A DNA stretch of 64,000 nt from Chrysemys picta bellii (Eukaryota). Positions 14,075-25,420 of the stretch are shown piece after piece. The notes under the pieces were generated by a model. That model was not told the DNA's origin. It ran no database searches and saw only the letters and a program-made list of their open reading frames with translations. The stretch lies in contig NC_088800.1 in NCBI RefSeq assembly GCF_011386835.1, forward strand, positions 868,001 through 932,000. The letters are read 5' to 3'. Position 1 is the stretch's first letter. The number at the start of each line of letters is the position of its first letter. Both the position numbers and the translations under genes were made by a program.

Positions 14075-14330
14075 GCTGGGCCCGGCCCCTGCGGCGAGAG
14101 GGACCGGGCCGGCCGCCGCCACCCCCGGGGTCGCGCTGCGGGCGGCACCTGCCAGGAACGCACCCGGCACCGCGCCTCGCTCCCGGAGCCGTGCGCCCAC
14201 TTCCGCTTCCGGCGGAACTGCCGGTACCGGAAGTGCCGGGAGCCATGGAGACCGGGCCCACCCCCCACTACAGCAGGGGCAGGTGCCGACCCCGCGGAGC
14301 GGCCGGGACCTGAGTGCGCCAGCCCCGGGG
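12930..14330. promoter_or_regulatory. VPS33B CpG island/promoter with clustered ETS (GABPA/ELK-type) sites
   Basis: CpG-dense region around exon 1. CCGGAAGT at 14227-14234 and ACTTCCGCTTCCGGCGGAACT at 14199-14219 lie 125-160 bp upstream of the ATG. Confidence 0.7.
13199..13957. repeat. GC-rich complex minisatellite in VPS33B intron 1
   Basis: Recurring modules GGGCCCGGGGCAGCGGTGATGGGGACGGGCGCGGAGCGGAGC and AGGCGCGGCGGGGACGGGCGCGGAGC. Confidence 0.93.
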
Positions 14331-15550
14331 GGGGCAGAGGCTCTCCGGGGGGAGAGCGCGGGGAGGCGCGGGGGCCCAGAAGGCGCGGGGAGGGGCTCTC
14401 CAGGGGGAGGGGCGATGGGGCTCTCCGGGGGGGGGCCAGAAGGCGCGGGGAGGGGCTCTCCAGGGGGAGGGGCGATGGGGCTCTCCGGGGAGGGGGGGCC
14501 CAGAAGGCGCGGGGAGGGGCTCTCCAGGGGGAGGGGGGGCCCAGAAGGCGCGGGGAGGGGCTCTCCAGGGGGAGGGTGCAAGGAGGGGCTCTCCGGGGAG
14601 GGGGGGCCCAGAAGGCGCGGGGAGGGGCTCTCCAGGGGGAGGGGGGGCCCAGAAGGCGCGGGGAGGGGCTCTCCGGGGGGAGGGGCTCTCCGGGGAGGGG
14701 GGCCCAGAAGGCGCGGGGAGGGGCTCTCCAGGGGGAGGGGCGATGGGGCTCTCCGGGGGGGGGCCAGAAGGCGCGGGGAGGGGCTCTCCAGGGGGAGGGG
14801 CGATGGGGCTCTCCGGGGAGGGGGGGCCCAGAAGGCGCGGGGAGGGGCTCTCCAGGGGGAGGGGCTCTCCGGGGAGGGGGGGCCCAGAAGGCGCGGGGAG
14901 GGGCTCTCCAGGGGGAGGGGCTCTCCGGGGAGGGGGGCCCAGAAGGCGCGGGGAGGGGCTCTCCAGGGGGAGGGTGCAAGGAGGGGCTCTCCGGGGAGGG
15001 GGGCCCAGAAGGCGGTGGGAGGGGCTCTCCAGGGGGAGGATGTGGGGAGGGGAGGATGTGGGGAGGGGAGGCCCAGAAGGCGCGGGGAGGGGCTCTCCAG
15101 GGAAGGGGGCCCAGAAGGCGCGGGGAGGGGCTCTCCAGGGGGAGGGTGCAAGGAGGGGAGGCCCAGAAGGCGCGGGGAGGGGCTCTCCAGGGGGAGGGGC
15201 TCTCCGGGGAGGGGGGCCCAGAAGGCGGGGGGAGGGGTTCTCCGGGGAGGGGGGCCCAGAAGGCGCGGGGAGGGGCTCTCCAGGGGGAGGATGTGGGGAG
15301 GGGAGGCCCAGAAGGCGTGGGGAGGGACTCTCCGGGGAAGGGGGCCCAGAAGGCGCGGGGAGGGGCTTTCCAGGGGGAGGGTGCAAGGAGGGGCTCTCCG
15401 AGGAGGGGGGCCCAGAAGGCGGTGGGAGGGGCTCTCCAGGGGGAGGATGTGGGGAGGGGAGGCCCAGAAGGCGTGGGGAGGGGCTCTCCAGGGGGAGGGT
15501 GCAAGGAGGGGCTCTCCGGGGAGGGGGGCCCAGAAGGCGCGGGGAGGGGC
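14320..15550. repeat. G-rich minisatellite upstream of VPS33B
   Basis: About 40-bp module GGGGGCCCAGAAGGCGCGGGGAGGGGCTCTCCAGGGGGA interspersed with about 20-bp GGGGCTCTCCGGGGAG variants. Confidence 0.93.
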
Positions 15551-15772
15551 TGTGCGCATCCACACCCAGGCCCTCCAGCCTCGGCCGCCCTCCCAGGTGA
15601 CTCCACCCCGCACTGCTGCCAAGTGAAGCCTGCCGCAGTCCAGCTGCTCTGCCCATGGGCTTGGCAGCTCTGGTTCCCCCCAGCCCCTCAGAGCCCCAGG
15701 GCAGGAGGCCTACACTCTGCCCAGACCTCAGGGGCGAGGGACGCAGACACCAGGTTCATGGCACTCAGGGCT

Positions 15773-15778
15773 TTTATT
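15773..15778 (-). terminator. Polyadenylation signal AATAAA for HDDC3
   Basis: TTTATT on the plus strand, about 540 nt past the HDDC3 stop, followed on the minus strand by GT-rich sequence. Confidence 0.65.
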
Positions 15779-16314
15779 TAGAGACAGTTACTGGGTTCGG
15801 TCCCCAAGCTGAGCAGGCTGCACTCAGAGCCCAGACCCTGACCCCCAGTTAGGGTGTGACCTCCCCAGAGCCTTAGGGCCCCCACCCCACCTGTACTAGG
15901 GACAGGAAACAAGCTGAGGGGAAGGGTCTGTCTACCCCCACTTCTCCTCAGCTGAGCCACAGGGCAAGGTTTATGGGAGTCTTTAGGAGGAGCGTATGTC
16001 CTGCTCCCTCTGGAGAGGGAAGTTCAGTGCTGGAGGCCAGAGGAGAAGGAGAGAAGCAGTGGAAATCAGTGCTGCCTCCCCCACCCCCCAGGAGAGTGTG
16101 GGTATTCTGTAGCCGGTGACTGCTTGGGCTTTAATCCCCTGTCCCATTCTGTGCTGCCCTTTATCTGGCCCCCATCTCTGTACCCTCCCTTGCCCAGGGG
16201 GCAGGAGTGCCCGAATAGGTGGGTTAGTAAGAGGCGTCCATGCAGCTATCACTGACTCGCTGGTCTGAGGGAGCTGGCCTGTGGAAGGCATGCTGCGGGA
16301 GTCAGTAATTAACA

Positions 16315-18297
16315 TCACATGGCAGGCATCCCGCACAGTCGCTCCGGCAGCCCTCGCTCCCTGAACAGCTGCTGCAACTTCTCCTCCAGCGCAGGGCTTG
16401 TCTCACGCAGACCCTTCACCACCTGTGAGGCCCACAGGAAGTACTCCTGGACCCGCTGCTCAGACCAGCCTAGGGCAGAGAGCACCGTGTGTCAGAGACA
16501 TACCGATACAAGTAGGCAGCACACACAGAGGGACAGGCTGTGACCCCAAGAGGCACATGCCAACTCGCAGCATAGGCTGCAAGAGCTAGGGCCCATAGGG
16601 GGTGGTGCCAGGCAAAGGAAAGGAAAGAGTCCCATTTACTTTGATGGACGCATTCTTACAATGAGGGCCAAAGCGCCGGCCGCTCTGCTCAGCTTCGGTA
16701 GGCAGATGGTAGCCGGCCAAAGACAGGGTACCTGACAGAGAGCTCTGCTCTCAGTGTACGTGTGGGCTCAGCACAGAGCTGTTCTCCACACGCTCAGTAT
16801 GCAGAGACGCTGGAACTGTCCCTGGGCACGTGCAGACCCCGGGCCGGGTGCCAGGACTTTCAGCCCCCGATAATGCCCTGCCTCTCCTACTGCAGCTGGA
16901 GGAGGCTCCACGTTTGCTTTATGTAGCAATAGGGCACATTGCCTCTTTCCAGAGCTCCCAACACTGAGGCAGACGCCAAATGCATGAGCGGTGGTGCCGC
17001 TATGCAGCAGAGGGTAGCTCCAGCACTTCCCGTGCCCACGGCTAGCCCATCAGCGGCAGGGAGCCCCGGCGTGCCAACCTGCTGGCGTGCAGCGGGTCAG
17101 GTCCCGCAGGTTGTACAGCTTGTCTGCCAGTTTGACCAGCTTGGCTCCCCGGCTGCTGTGGGGCGCACGCTCTATCTGCAGGCGCTTCCGCTCCATCTTG
17201 GGCAACATCTTGTCATCCGTCACCTCCTCCACAATCCGCCTCACCTCCCGCCCAAACTGCTCCTCGATCTCCGAGAAGGTGGTGTCTGTGTCCTCCACTG
17301 TGTCGTGCAGCAGAGCAGCCTGCGGGAGAGGGGACAGGCTGAGCGGCAGTCGGGGGTCCATGAAAACGAGGGGCAGGCTGGCTCTCTAGGCTGGAGCCCA
17401 GCGGGAGTCCCCGGGGTGGGGGCTCACGGGCTTGTTACAGCCCCTCTCCTCCTGCCTGGAGCGTGGGATTTACCTGCAGCACCGCAATGTCGGTTACTCC
17501 AGCCTCCCGAGACAGGATCCTGGCCACACCTAGACACACCACACGGGGGTCACACAGGCAGCCGGGGCGGGGGGGACGGGAGCCGGTGCTGCCTGCGGCC
17601 CAGACGGGAGGGGCTGGAGCAGGCCCGGCTGCCGCACCCCCCCCCGCGGATAGCACCGCTCCGGGCCCGGGCATCTCCCAGGGGCGGCTGCTCTGCAGGG
17701 CGGGACCCTCGCTGCCGCTTTCCCGGCTGGGATCTGAGCCCCGAACCCCCCCCCCCCATCGGATCGCCCCCCCCGCCCCGAACCCCCCCCCCATCGGATC
17801 GCCCCCCCCCCGGCACACCACACCCCATCGGATCGCCCCCCCCGCCCCGGCACACCGCCCCCCCATCGGATCGCCCCCCCGCCCCGGCACACTGCCCCCC
17901 CATCGGATCGCCCCGGCACACCACACCCCATCGGATCGCCCCCCGCCCCGGCACACCACACCCCCATCGGATCGCCCCCCCCCCGCCACACCACACCCCA
18001 TCGGATCGCCCCCCCGCCCCGGCACACCGCCCCCCATCGGATCGCCCCCCCCCCCCGGCACACCACACCCCCATCGGATCCCCCCCCCCCCGGCACACAC
18101 CCCTACCAGCACACCGCCCCCCCCCGATCACCCCCCCAGGAACACGCCCCCCCGAACACCGTCCCATCGGCTCGGCCCCCCCCCACCGATGGGGTGGTTG
18201 ATGTACGGGGTCCCCTCGGGGTCCTTCCGCCGCTGCTGCTTGTGCTTCGGGCTGCGAAGTCGGCGGCCTCCAGCAGCCGGGCCGCCTCGGAGCCCAT
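16315..18297 (-). CDS. HDDC3: HD domain-containing 3 / MESH1 ((p)ppGpp hydrolase, NADPH phosphatase), 4 exons; as assembled, exon 1 lacks one base (frameshift near 18246-18249)
   Basis: Exons: 18187-18297 ([17 protein letters not shown] / [20 protein letters not shown]), 17474-17529 ([18 protein letters not shown]), 17079-17319 ([11 protein letters not shown]...[16 protein letters not shown]), 16315-16469 ([20 protein letters not shown]...MPAM*). The HD motif is present. Exon 1 is 111 nt against the 112 nt needed to keep frame; 187 aa if repaired. Confidence 0.93.
17738..18183. repeat. C-rich minisatellite (about 36-40 bp) in HDDC3 intron 1
   Basis: Unit approximately CCCCATCGGATCGCCCCCCCGCCCCGGCACACCAC. 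Confidence 0.9.
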
Positions 18298-18859
18298 GGC
18301 GGGGGGGGGGCGGGACTCCCGGCACCGCAGAGCATGCCGGGAACGGCCTGCCCCTAGCCCCGCCCCCGCTGCAGTGTCCCGGGCCGTGGCAAGCCCTGCA
18401 GACCCGGCCGCTGCAGTCCCGGGCCCCCCCAGCGCCGGGGCTCCAGCCCCCTCCAGCGGAGCCGGGGACCTGGAGCCTGGCCACACCTGGGACCTCCTGG
18501 CCTGTGTGAACGGCCCTTCCCAGGGACCAGAGCCGGGCCGCTGCAGGCCAGGCTGCCAGAGGCTGCAAGAGCCTGAAACACTTGCTCCAAAGGGTACAGG
18601 AGGGTAGTGTCTGAAACCCCCTGTCCCACAGCCACCACCCCACTCGGCTCCCCGAGCCCAGGAACGCTCAGCACCCCAGGGGGGAACACGCCCGCTGCAC
18701 AGCCAGCGGTGCTGCTCCTTGGGGTGGCATTGCGGGAGGGGACGCACCTTGGGCAGGAGGGTGCCAGGGGCCTCCTCAGCAAAGGGACCGCAGCAGCACA
18801 CACACAGTGTGACCAAGTCCAGGACAGGGTCCCGCGAGGCAGCAGGCACTTGGTAATAT

Positions 18860-18865
18860 TTTATT
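18860..18865 (-). terminator. Polyadenylation signal AATAAA for NGRN
   Basis: TTTATT on the plus strand, about 80 nt after the NGRN stop. Confidence 0.7.
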
Positions 18866-18946
18866 TTTCCCTGGGTGGAAAGGACAGCAACATGAGCCAA
18901 CCCCACGCCCTGGGCAGGCCGACAGCAAGAGAAGCCCACCCACCCC

Positions 18947-20415
18947 CTACCCACTCTTTTCACCACCAGACTGGGGGAAGGGCTGCATGTTGTTCTCCCC
19001 CTCCCCAGGGGCTACTCTAGCTGGGATCCTATACAAGAAATTCCCACTGCTGTCAAAATAGTCCTGTCCTCTCTGCATCACTTTGGTGCCGGCGCCCCAG
19101 CCTTCTGCGGCCAGCTCCTCCAGCTCCTCCTCACTCAGGACCTCGCCATCCCACTCTTCAGCGTCTCCTCCTGCCCAAGAGTTTCTCATGAGGGTGGCTT
19201 CCATCCCAGCCACAGGCTTGGTTCCATCCTCCTGAAGAGGCTCCAGTTGGCCGTTCCTTCTGTTTTGCCTCGCCCCAGCTCTCCAAAGCTGCGGAGTTCT
19301 CTGGGGTTTTGGGCCCCCAGGCGCGAGAAGGGCTCCAGACTGCGCGGCTTCTCCTGCAGAGATGGCCACCAGCTCAGCTCTCCGCTCTGGGCCAGGCTGC
19401 TGCTCCCGGCTCCCCTGTTTACCCAACACCTTGGCATCCTGCTTCATCCTTCGCTCCAGCGGGGGAGAGAACTTGCTCCTCAGCACCCTCTGGATGACAT
19501 CCGTGCTGACGCAGAAACCTTGGGCCAGACGGGCCACGGGCCATTCCTCGGGGAAGGCCTGCCTGAGGTACCTGCAACAGAGGCAGTCACTGCCAGCCCA
19601 GAGCCTGGCAAGCACAGCGGTGCCCTAGTCCCACCTGCTGCTCCAGCAGCCCACACCGGGGGCACTGGCCAGACCTGCCCGGCCCACGCTCCAGTGCGGG
19701 GCTGCCAGCAGCACCACCTCCCGCCCCGCTCACCGGATCTGCTCCATGGCCTGCCAGCTCAGGCTGCGCTGGGGGGGCCCCGCGGGCTCCAGCTCCCTCC
19801 GTAGCCTCCGCAGCCTCACCGCCTTCCTCTGCTGCTGCAGCGCCCTGGGGAGGGAGGAAGAAGGAAGTGAGGGGCTGAGTGCACTCAGGGCCCCCATCCT
19901 GCCCAGGCCCCTCCGCCTGCCCACTCTGCCCCCTCATCCTGCCCCGGCCACTCTGCCCCCCCATCCTGCCCCCGCCCCAGCCACTCTGCTCCCCCCATCC
20001 TGCCCCCGCCCCAGCCACTCTGCTCCCCCCCCCCATCCTGCCCCCGCCCCAGCCACTCTGCTCCCCCCATCCTGCCCAGGACCCTCCCCCCGCCCACTCT
20101 GCCCCCCCATCCTGCCCCCGCCCCGGCCACTCTGCTCCCCCATCCTGCCCCCGCCCCGGCCACTCTGCCCCCTCATCCTGCCCAGGCCCCCGCCCCCAGC
20201 CCTGCCACTCTGCCCCCCCATCCTGCCCCCGCCCCAGCCACTCTGCTCACCCCACTCTGCCCCCCCCATCCTGCCCAGGCCCCCGCCTTAGCCCAGCCGC
20301 CCTCCCGTCACCTCTCCGCCTCCTGCAGCGCCGGGTCCACCGGCCCCGCCCCCCGGGCCAGCAGGCGGCTCAGCCCCGCAGCCCGCAGCGCCCGAGGCAG
20401 CAGCGGCCCCGCCAT
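18947..20415 (-). CDS. NGRN: Neugrin (mitochondrial 16S rRNA / mitoribosome assembly factor), 3 exons, 279 aa
   Basis: Exons: 20312-20415 (MAGPLLPRAL...LQEAER), 19734-19844 (ALQQQRKAVRLRRLRRELEPAGPPQRSLSWQAMEQIR; 111 nt), 18947-19571 (YLRQAFPEEWPVARLAQGFCVSTDVIQRVLRSKF...DYFDSSGNFLYRI...*). Introns are GT-AG, total 840 nt. The neugrin core and the C-terminal F-D-S-x-G-N-F-L-Y-R-I motif are recognisable. Confidence 0.93.
19897..20290. repeat. C-rich minisatellite (about 33-35 bp) in NGRN intron 1
   Basis: Unit approximately CCACTCTGCCCCCCATCCTGCCCCCGCCCCAG. Confidence 0.9.
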
Positions 20416-20569
20416 GGCCGGCGCAGACACCGCGTGAGACTGGGGGCGGGGCGGGGCGGGGCTGGGCTGAGAACGAGGCCCGGGGGCGGGGCTGAGAACG
20501 AGGCTCGGGGGCGGGGCGGGGTCTGGGGAGCTAGGGCCGCCCCTGAGGCTGAGGCCCAGGGACCCGGAG

Positions 20570-22195
20570 GCAGGGCGCTGCAGGGGAGATGTGGGGGTGC
20601 AGGGGAGATGTGGGGGCGCTGCAGGGGAGATCTGGGGGTACTGGGGCAGGGCATTGTAGGGGAGATGTGGGGGTGCAGGGGAGATGTGGGGGTACTGGGG
20701 CAGGGCATTGTAGGGGAGATGTGGGGGTGCAGGGGAGATGTGGGGGCGCTGCAGGGGAGATCTGGGGGTACTGGGGCAGGGCATTGTAGGGGAGATGTGG
20801 GGGTGCTAGGGGAGATCTGGGGGTGCTAGGGCAGGGTGCTGCAAGGGAGATGTGGGGCCCTATGAGAGATCTGGGGGTGCTAGGGGGAGATGTGGTGGGG
20901 GATATGGGGCAGGGCACTGCAGGGGAGATGTGGGTACGGTGACCAGATGTCCTGATTTTTGGGTCTTTTTCTTATATAGGCTCCTGTTACCCCCCACTCC
21001 CTGTCCTGATTTTTCACATTTGCTGTCTGGTCACCCTGGCTCTGGGGGAGGTGGGGCAGGGCGCTGCAGGGGAGATCGGGGTGGGGGTGCTGGGGCAGGG
21101 CGCTGCAGGGGAGATGTGGGGGTGCTGCAGGGGAGATCTGGGGGTGTTAGGGGAGATCTGGGGGCGCTGCAGGGGAGATGTGGGCGTGCTGGGGGAGATC
21201 TGGGGGCACTGCAGGGGAGATCTGGGGGTGTTAGGGGAGATCTGGGGGCGCTGCAGGGGAGATCTGGGGGCGCTGCAGGGGAGATGTGGGGGTACTGGGG
21301 CAGGGCATTGCAGCGGAGATGTGGGGTTGCTGGGGGAGATCTGGGGGCACTGCAGGGGAGATCTGGGGGTGTTAGGGGAGATCTGGGGGCGCTGCAGGGG
21401 AGATGTGGGGGTGTTAGGGGAGATCTGGGGGCGCTGCAGGGGAGATGTGGGGGTGCTGGGGGAGATCTGGGGGTACTGGGGCAGGGCATTGCAGCGGAGA
21501 TGTGGGGTTGCTGGGGGAGATCTGGGGGCACTGCAGGGGAGATGTGGGGGTGTTAGGGGAGATCTGGGGGCGCTGCAGGGGAGATGTGGGGGTGCTGGGG
21601 GAGATCTGGGGGGCTGGGGCAGGGCACTGCAGGGGAGATGTGGGGTTGCTGGGGGAGATCTGGCGGTGCAGGGGAGATGTGGGGGTGCTGGGGGAGATCA
21701 GGGCGGGGGGCTGGGGCAGGGCACTGCAGGGGAGATCAGGGCGGGGGGCTGGGGCAGGGCACTGCAGTGGAGATGTGGGGGTGCTAGGGGAGATCTGGGG
21801 GTGCAGGGGAGATCTGGGGGTGCTAGGGGAGATCAGGGCGGGGGGCTGGGGGCTGGGGCAGGGCACTGCAGTGGAGATGTGGGGGTGTTAGGGGAGATCT
21901 GGGGGTGCAGGGGAGATGTGGGGGTACTGGGGCAGGGCACTGCAGCGGAGATGTGGGGTTGCTGGGGCAGGGCACTGCAGCGGAGATGTGGGGTTGCTGG
22001 GGGAGATGTGGGGGTGCAGGGGAGATGTGGGGGTGCTGGGGGAGATCGGGGTGGGGGGGCTCGGGCAGGGCACTGCAGTGGAGATGTGGGGGTGTTAGGG
22101 GAGATCTGGGGGTGCAGGGGAGATCTGGGGGGCTGGGGCAGGGCACTGCAGCGGAGATGTGGGATTGCTGGGGCAGAGCGCTGCAGGGGAGATGG
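20570..22195. repeat. G-rich minisatellite (basic unit about 21-22 bp with longer variants) upstream of NGRN
   Basis: Repeats of GGGGAGAT(G/C)TGGGGG(T/C)GCTGCA and GGGGCAGGGCA(C/T)TGCAG. Confidence 0.93.
20935..21038. mobile_element. Short hAT-type MITE inserted inside the NGRN upstream minisatellite
   Basis: TIRs TACGGTGACCAGA ... TCTGGTCACCCTG; flanks GATGTGGG / GCTCTGGG (degenerate 8-bp TSD, 6/8); AT-rich interior. Confidence 0.75.
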
Positions 22196-22489
22196 AGGGT
22201 TCTATGAGAGGGGGCAGGGTGTTGCGAGCGAGGGGAAATACCATGAAGGTGGCCTATGGGGAAGGGGACCCAGGCGTCACTGTGGACAGCTGGGCTCAGT
22301 GTGCAGGTGCAGGCAAAGAGCATACGAAATATGAGGTGCCATTGTACAGACTAACAGGGCAGCCTCACTTGGATCCTGTGCCAGCAGGGGGGGGCCCCAC
22401 CCCGTCAGCACGGAGCTAGCAGAACTAGCGGGGCTCCCAGCAGTGTCACAGGAGCAGTTAGGGGCCTGGAGAAACTCTCCTGTGAAGAC

Positions 22490-22900
22490 AGATTCTTGCC
22501 CTAGAGAGGAGACCGATAAAAGGGGACGTGATAAAAGTCTCTAAAGTAGGGACTGGTTTAGAGCAGGAAGATCAAGAGCATGTGGTCTCCCCATCTCACA
22601 ACACGTGGTGACATTGCAGGTGGGCAGTTCAAACCCAATCAAAGGAAACACTTTTCATACAACCAGAATATCCCATTATCAGTAACAAGTATTTTGGCAG
22701 GGAAATTAAACCTTGTGCTTCGTAGTTTAAAAAAACCTATAATGACCAGGGATTAGACTAAGACCTAGATGGGGCAGATTACCCTCCATCTGCCTCCTGT
22801 GGGGTTCTTCATCTTCTCAGGCATCTGGTACTAGTCCCTCTTGGAAACAGGATCCTGGACTAGCTGGATTGTGGGTCTGAGCCAGTCTGATATTTGTCAG
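22490..22900 (+). mobile_element. Degenerate CR1-type LINE 3' fragments
   Basis: Resembles the CR1 ORF2 end and 3'UTR (GGGGACGTGATAAAAGTC..., AAAGGAAACACTTTTCATACAAC, GGATCCTGGACTAGCTGGA). Confidence 0.55.
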
Positions 22901-23222
22901 TCCCTGTGAACGCATTGAGGGGCCGTTGCTTTGTCTCACTCAGCCCCTCGGCCCAGGGAGGGAATGAAAGGGGCGAGGAGAACAAGCAACTACTTCGTTT
23001 TGATCCTCATACGCTACTTCCTGCAGCTAGGCACCACAAAGAGCCCTGAACAGCCTCTAGGCCAGCAGGTCCCTTTGCTAAGGTGTGTGGAGGGCAGCCC
23101 GGCCAGGGGGGTCTAGCCCCATGAAGGAGGAATCCGAGCCAGGGCTTCCTAGGGAAAACCAGTCCCCATCTGCTGCAATGCTGAAGGACAGACGGACGGG
23201 GAATTGTAAAACCGTATAAAAC

Positions 23223-23228
23223 TTTAAT
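23223..23228 (-). terminator. Candidate polyadenylation signal ATTAAA for TTLL13
   Basis: TTTAAT on the plus strand in a T-rich minus-strand context. It is the first canonical-type hexamer I found downstream of the TTLL13 stop. Confidence 0.45.
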
Positions 23229-24536
23229 AAGACAGATACAAAAGAACAAACTCTTGCAGCCCTGAAGGAAACAAGCCCTGCCCTGTTGTTGCAGTGCTGG
23301 TCAGCAGGTGTGGGGGAGAGGCTGCAGTTACAGGCTGGGGATCCCAGCTACAGGACGAAGTCGGCTGGAGAGGATGGTGCCGAATACTATTAACAAAATC
23401 CCTTGCACAGCATTGTTTGAAAACAGCTCTGTCCAGTGGAGACATGACTCTGGAGTGCTCACTAAATGGTTTCTCAAGTGCTCAGCCCTCACTGAGAGGG
23501 CTCCTCATCTGCAGCGGACGCCGGCGTCCTCATCGCTAGCCGCCAGGTCACCGCAGCAGGCCTGGGTCACTGTCTCCCTTGTCTCCCCCTCATCTGCCTG
23601 GCCCCTTGGAGGTTTTTCTCCCTTCCACGCAGAAGAAAGCAAGTCTTTTGGCATAGCCATCACCTTTGGCTGCAGGATTCCCAAGGCCGTTGGTCCCTTT
23701 CTTCCCCAGAGACTGTTTGGCCAAGGTTCAGGTCCATTTCCTGTGGGATAAGCAAGCGATCACTGATGAGAGAAGGTCTGGGTTTGCTTGGGGGACACAA
23801 ACAGATCAGATTGGAGAAGCCAGAGAGCTGGAGAGCAAAGGATCAATATGCTTCTCCCCCTCCACAGCTCAGGTGAACCAGGCTGGGGAGAGAGGAAACT
23901 ACAGAGCAAAAACAGGTTCCAGCAGCTACGCCTATGGCCCTCTGCAAGCGTATTGGTGCAGTCCCATTGGTGCAGCGCTGCAGGCAGAGGGGATGCTGGG
24001 ATTCTGTTCATACCTGAATGCAGACAAATTGTGGTGGAGAATGCTCCCGTGTGGCTTGTAGTGGGAGCAAAGGGCAGGATACCCACCAATTACCCAAACC
24101 TGGGGCACTCTCACAAAATCCATTTGTTCAGCCCTAGTTTCTGAACATTCGCCAGACCCTTTGGCAAATGCTTCCCCCATCCAGCTTCACGGGAAACCCC
24201 AAGAGATGGAAACCTTCTTCTTTCAAATGGTAAATAAGGGTTAAACTGAGACATTCTGGGTCTGGGACTGACAGAATTCTATCCCAGCTCCTGAGGGCAG
24301 GGCCCATGGGCAACGGTGAGCAGCAATTCACCTCTCGTTTCATATCGATTTAGCCCTAGCTGGTGTCCTCACTCCCGCAGGTTGCATGGTGACCCCACGT
24401 TAGCTTCCTTTGTACAGTCAGATATGAACAAGCAAAACTGGGTTTAGCCATGTGGCTTGACCTCCCACTCATCAAGCCAGTCAAATCCCATGGGCAGTCC
24501 CTTCCAATGCAAACTGCCTCGAGACAGCAGCTCTGG

Positions 24537-24724
24537 CATAGAATCATAGAATATCAGGGTTGTAAGGGACCTCAAGAGGTCATCTAGTCCAACCCCCTGC
24601 TCAAAGCAGGACCAATCCCCAGACAATTTTTTACCCCACTACCCTAAATGGCCCCCTCAGGGATTGAACTCACAACCCTGGGTTTAGCAGGCCAAAGCTC
24701 AAACCACTGAGCTATCCCTCCCCC
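24537..24724 (-). mobile_element. Turtle tRNA-derived SINE with CR1-like 3' tail, full length
   Basis: The minus strand reads GGGGGAGGGATAGCTCAGTGG (A box) ... GTGAGTTCAATCC (B box) ... GATTGGTCCTGCTTTGAGCAGGGGGTTGGACTAGATGACC ... ATTCTATGATTCTATG tail. Confidence 0.9.
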
Positions 24725-24779
24725 TGTAATGCTGCTGTAGGCCAGCAGCATTACGGGAGCGTGGATTACCATTATTTAC

Positions 24780-24875
24780 CAGTGCCTAGAGGCCAGCCCC
24801 CTGTGATGCTGGGCACCGCACAAACATAGTGACAGCCCCCACCCTAGAGAGTTTACAATCTAGTAAGGCCAAGGT
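24780..24875 (+). mobile_element. Old L2/MIR-like 3' tail fragment
   Basis: GCTGGGCACCGCACAAACATAGTGACAGCCCCCACCCTAGAGAGTTTACAATCTA resembles the L2/MIR-type 3' end as recalled. Confidence 0.45.
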
Positions 24876-25420
24876 ATAGCCCATTTGGGAAGAGCTTGGT
24901 AAAGGAGTCTGTGGAGTTGCTCCTGCATGGCAGCAGACCTGCATTGCAAAGAGGGATGTTCCAAGGTGACAGAGGGGTAAGGAGCTTTTCTCTGCTGAAT
25001 CAGGAATGGGACTATGGGGAAGAGCTCTCGGCAGATTTACAGCATTGCTCATTGCAAGTAATGCAACCCATGGAGAACAAAGCAAGGGCCTGGCGAGATG
25101 CCTCCAATGGGCGAAAATACCAGCTGTTCATTTAGATTTCATTCCCGATGGTCTCCAGCCATTTTACAGTGTTTATACAGGGCTGGCCTAAGCTCCCGTG
25201 GCTCTGAAATGCAGCCATCCCTGGGGTGGGACATATCTGCTGTTAACAGAACACACTACTCCACAAGAGGAGTTTGTTAGGAGGGGTGGGGAGGTGAAGA
25301 ATAAGTACTCCAGCTGGAATCTGGCCAGGATAACAGGGCAAACATCCTCCTCTGGGGACAAGAGCTCCTCAGTGAGCACTAGTGGTGAGGAGCTCGCGAA
25401 GCCAGTTGAAGGCAGGGCTG

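Noticed and set aside
12697-15781. ORFs of 400-847 aa on both strands
   Set aside because: They arise from stop-poor GC-rich arrays flanking VPS33B exon 1; only 13979-14074 is coding.
18236-18260. Programmed ribosomal frameshift as explanation of the HDDC3 frame break
   Set aside because: No slippery heptamer at the break, and orthologues are known as ordinary single-frame genes.
17435-18509. Multiple 200-350 aa ORFs
   Set aside because: These are the HDDC3 intron 1 minisatellite plus CpG island read in several frames.
19879-22334. Gly/Pro-rich ORFs up to 427 aa
   Set aside because: These are NGRN-flanking tandem repeats with no domain content.
24537-24724. tRNA-like sequence with A and B boxes (also 35895, 45984, 52382)
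   Set aside because: No complete cloverleaf or acceptor stem, and each continues into a CR1-type tail; these are SINEs, not tRNA genes.
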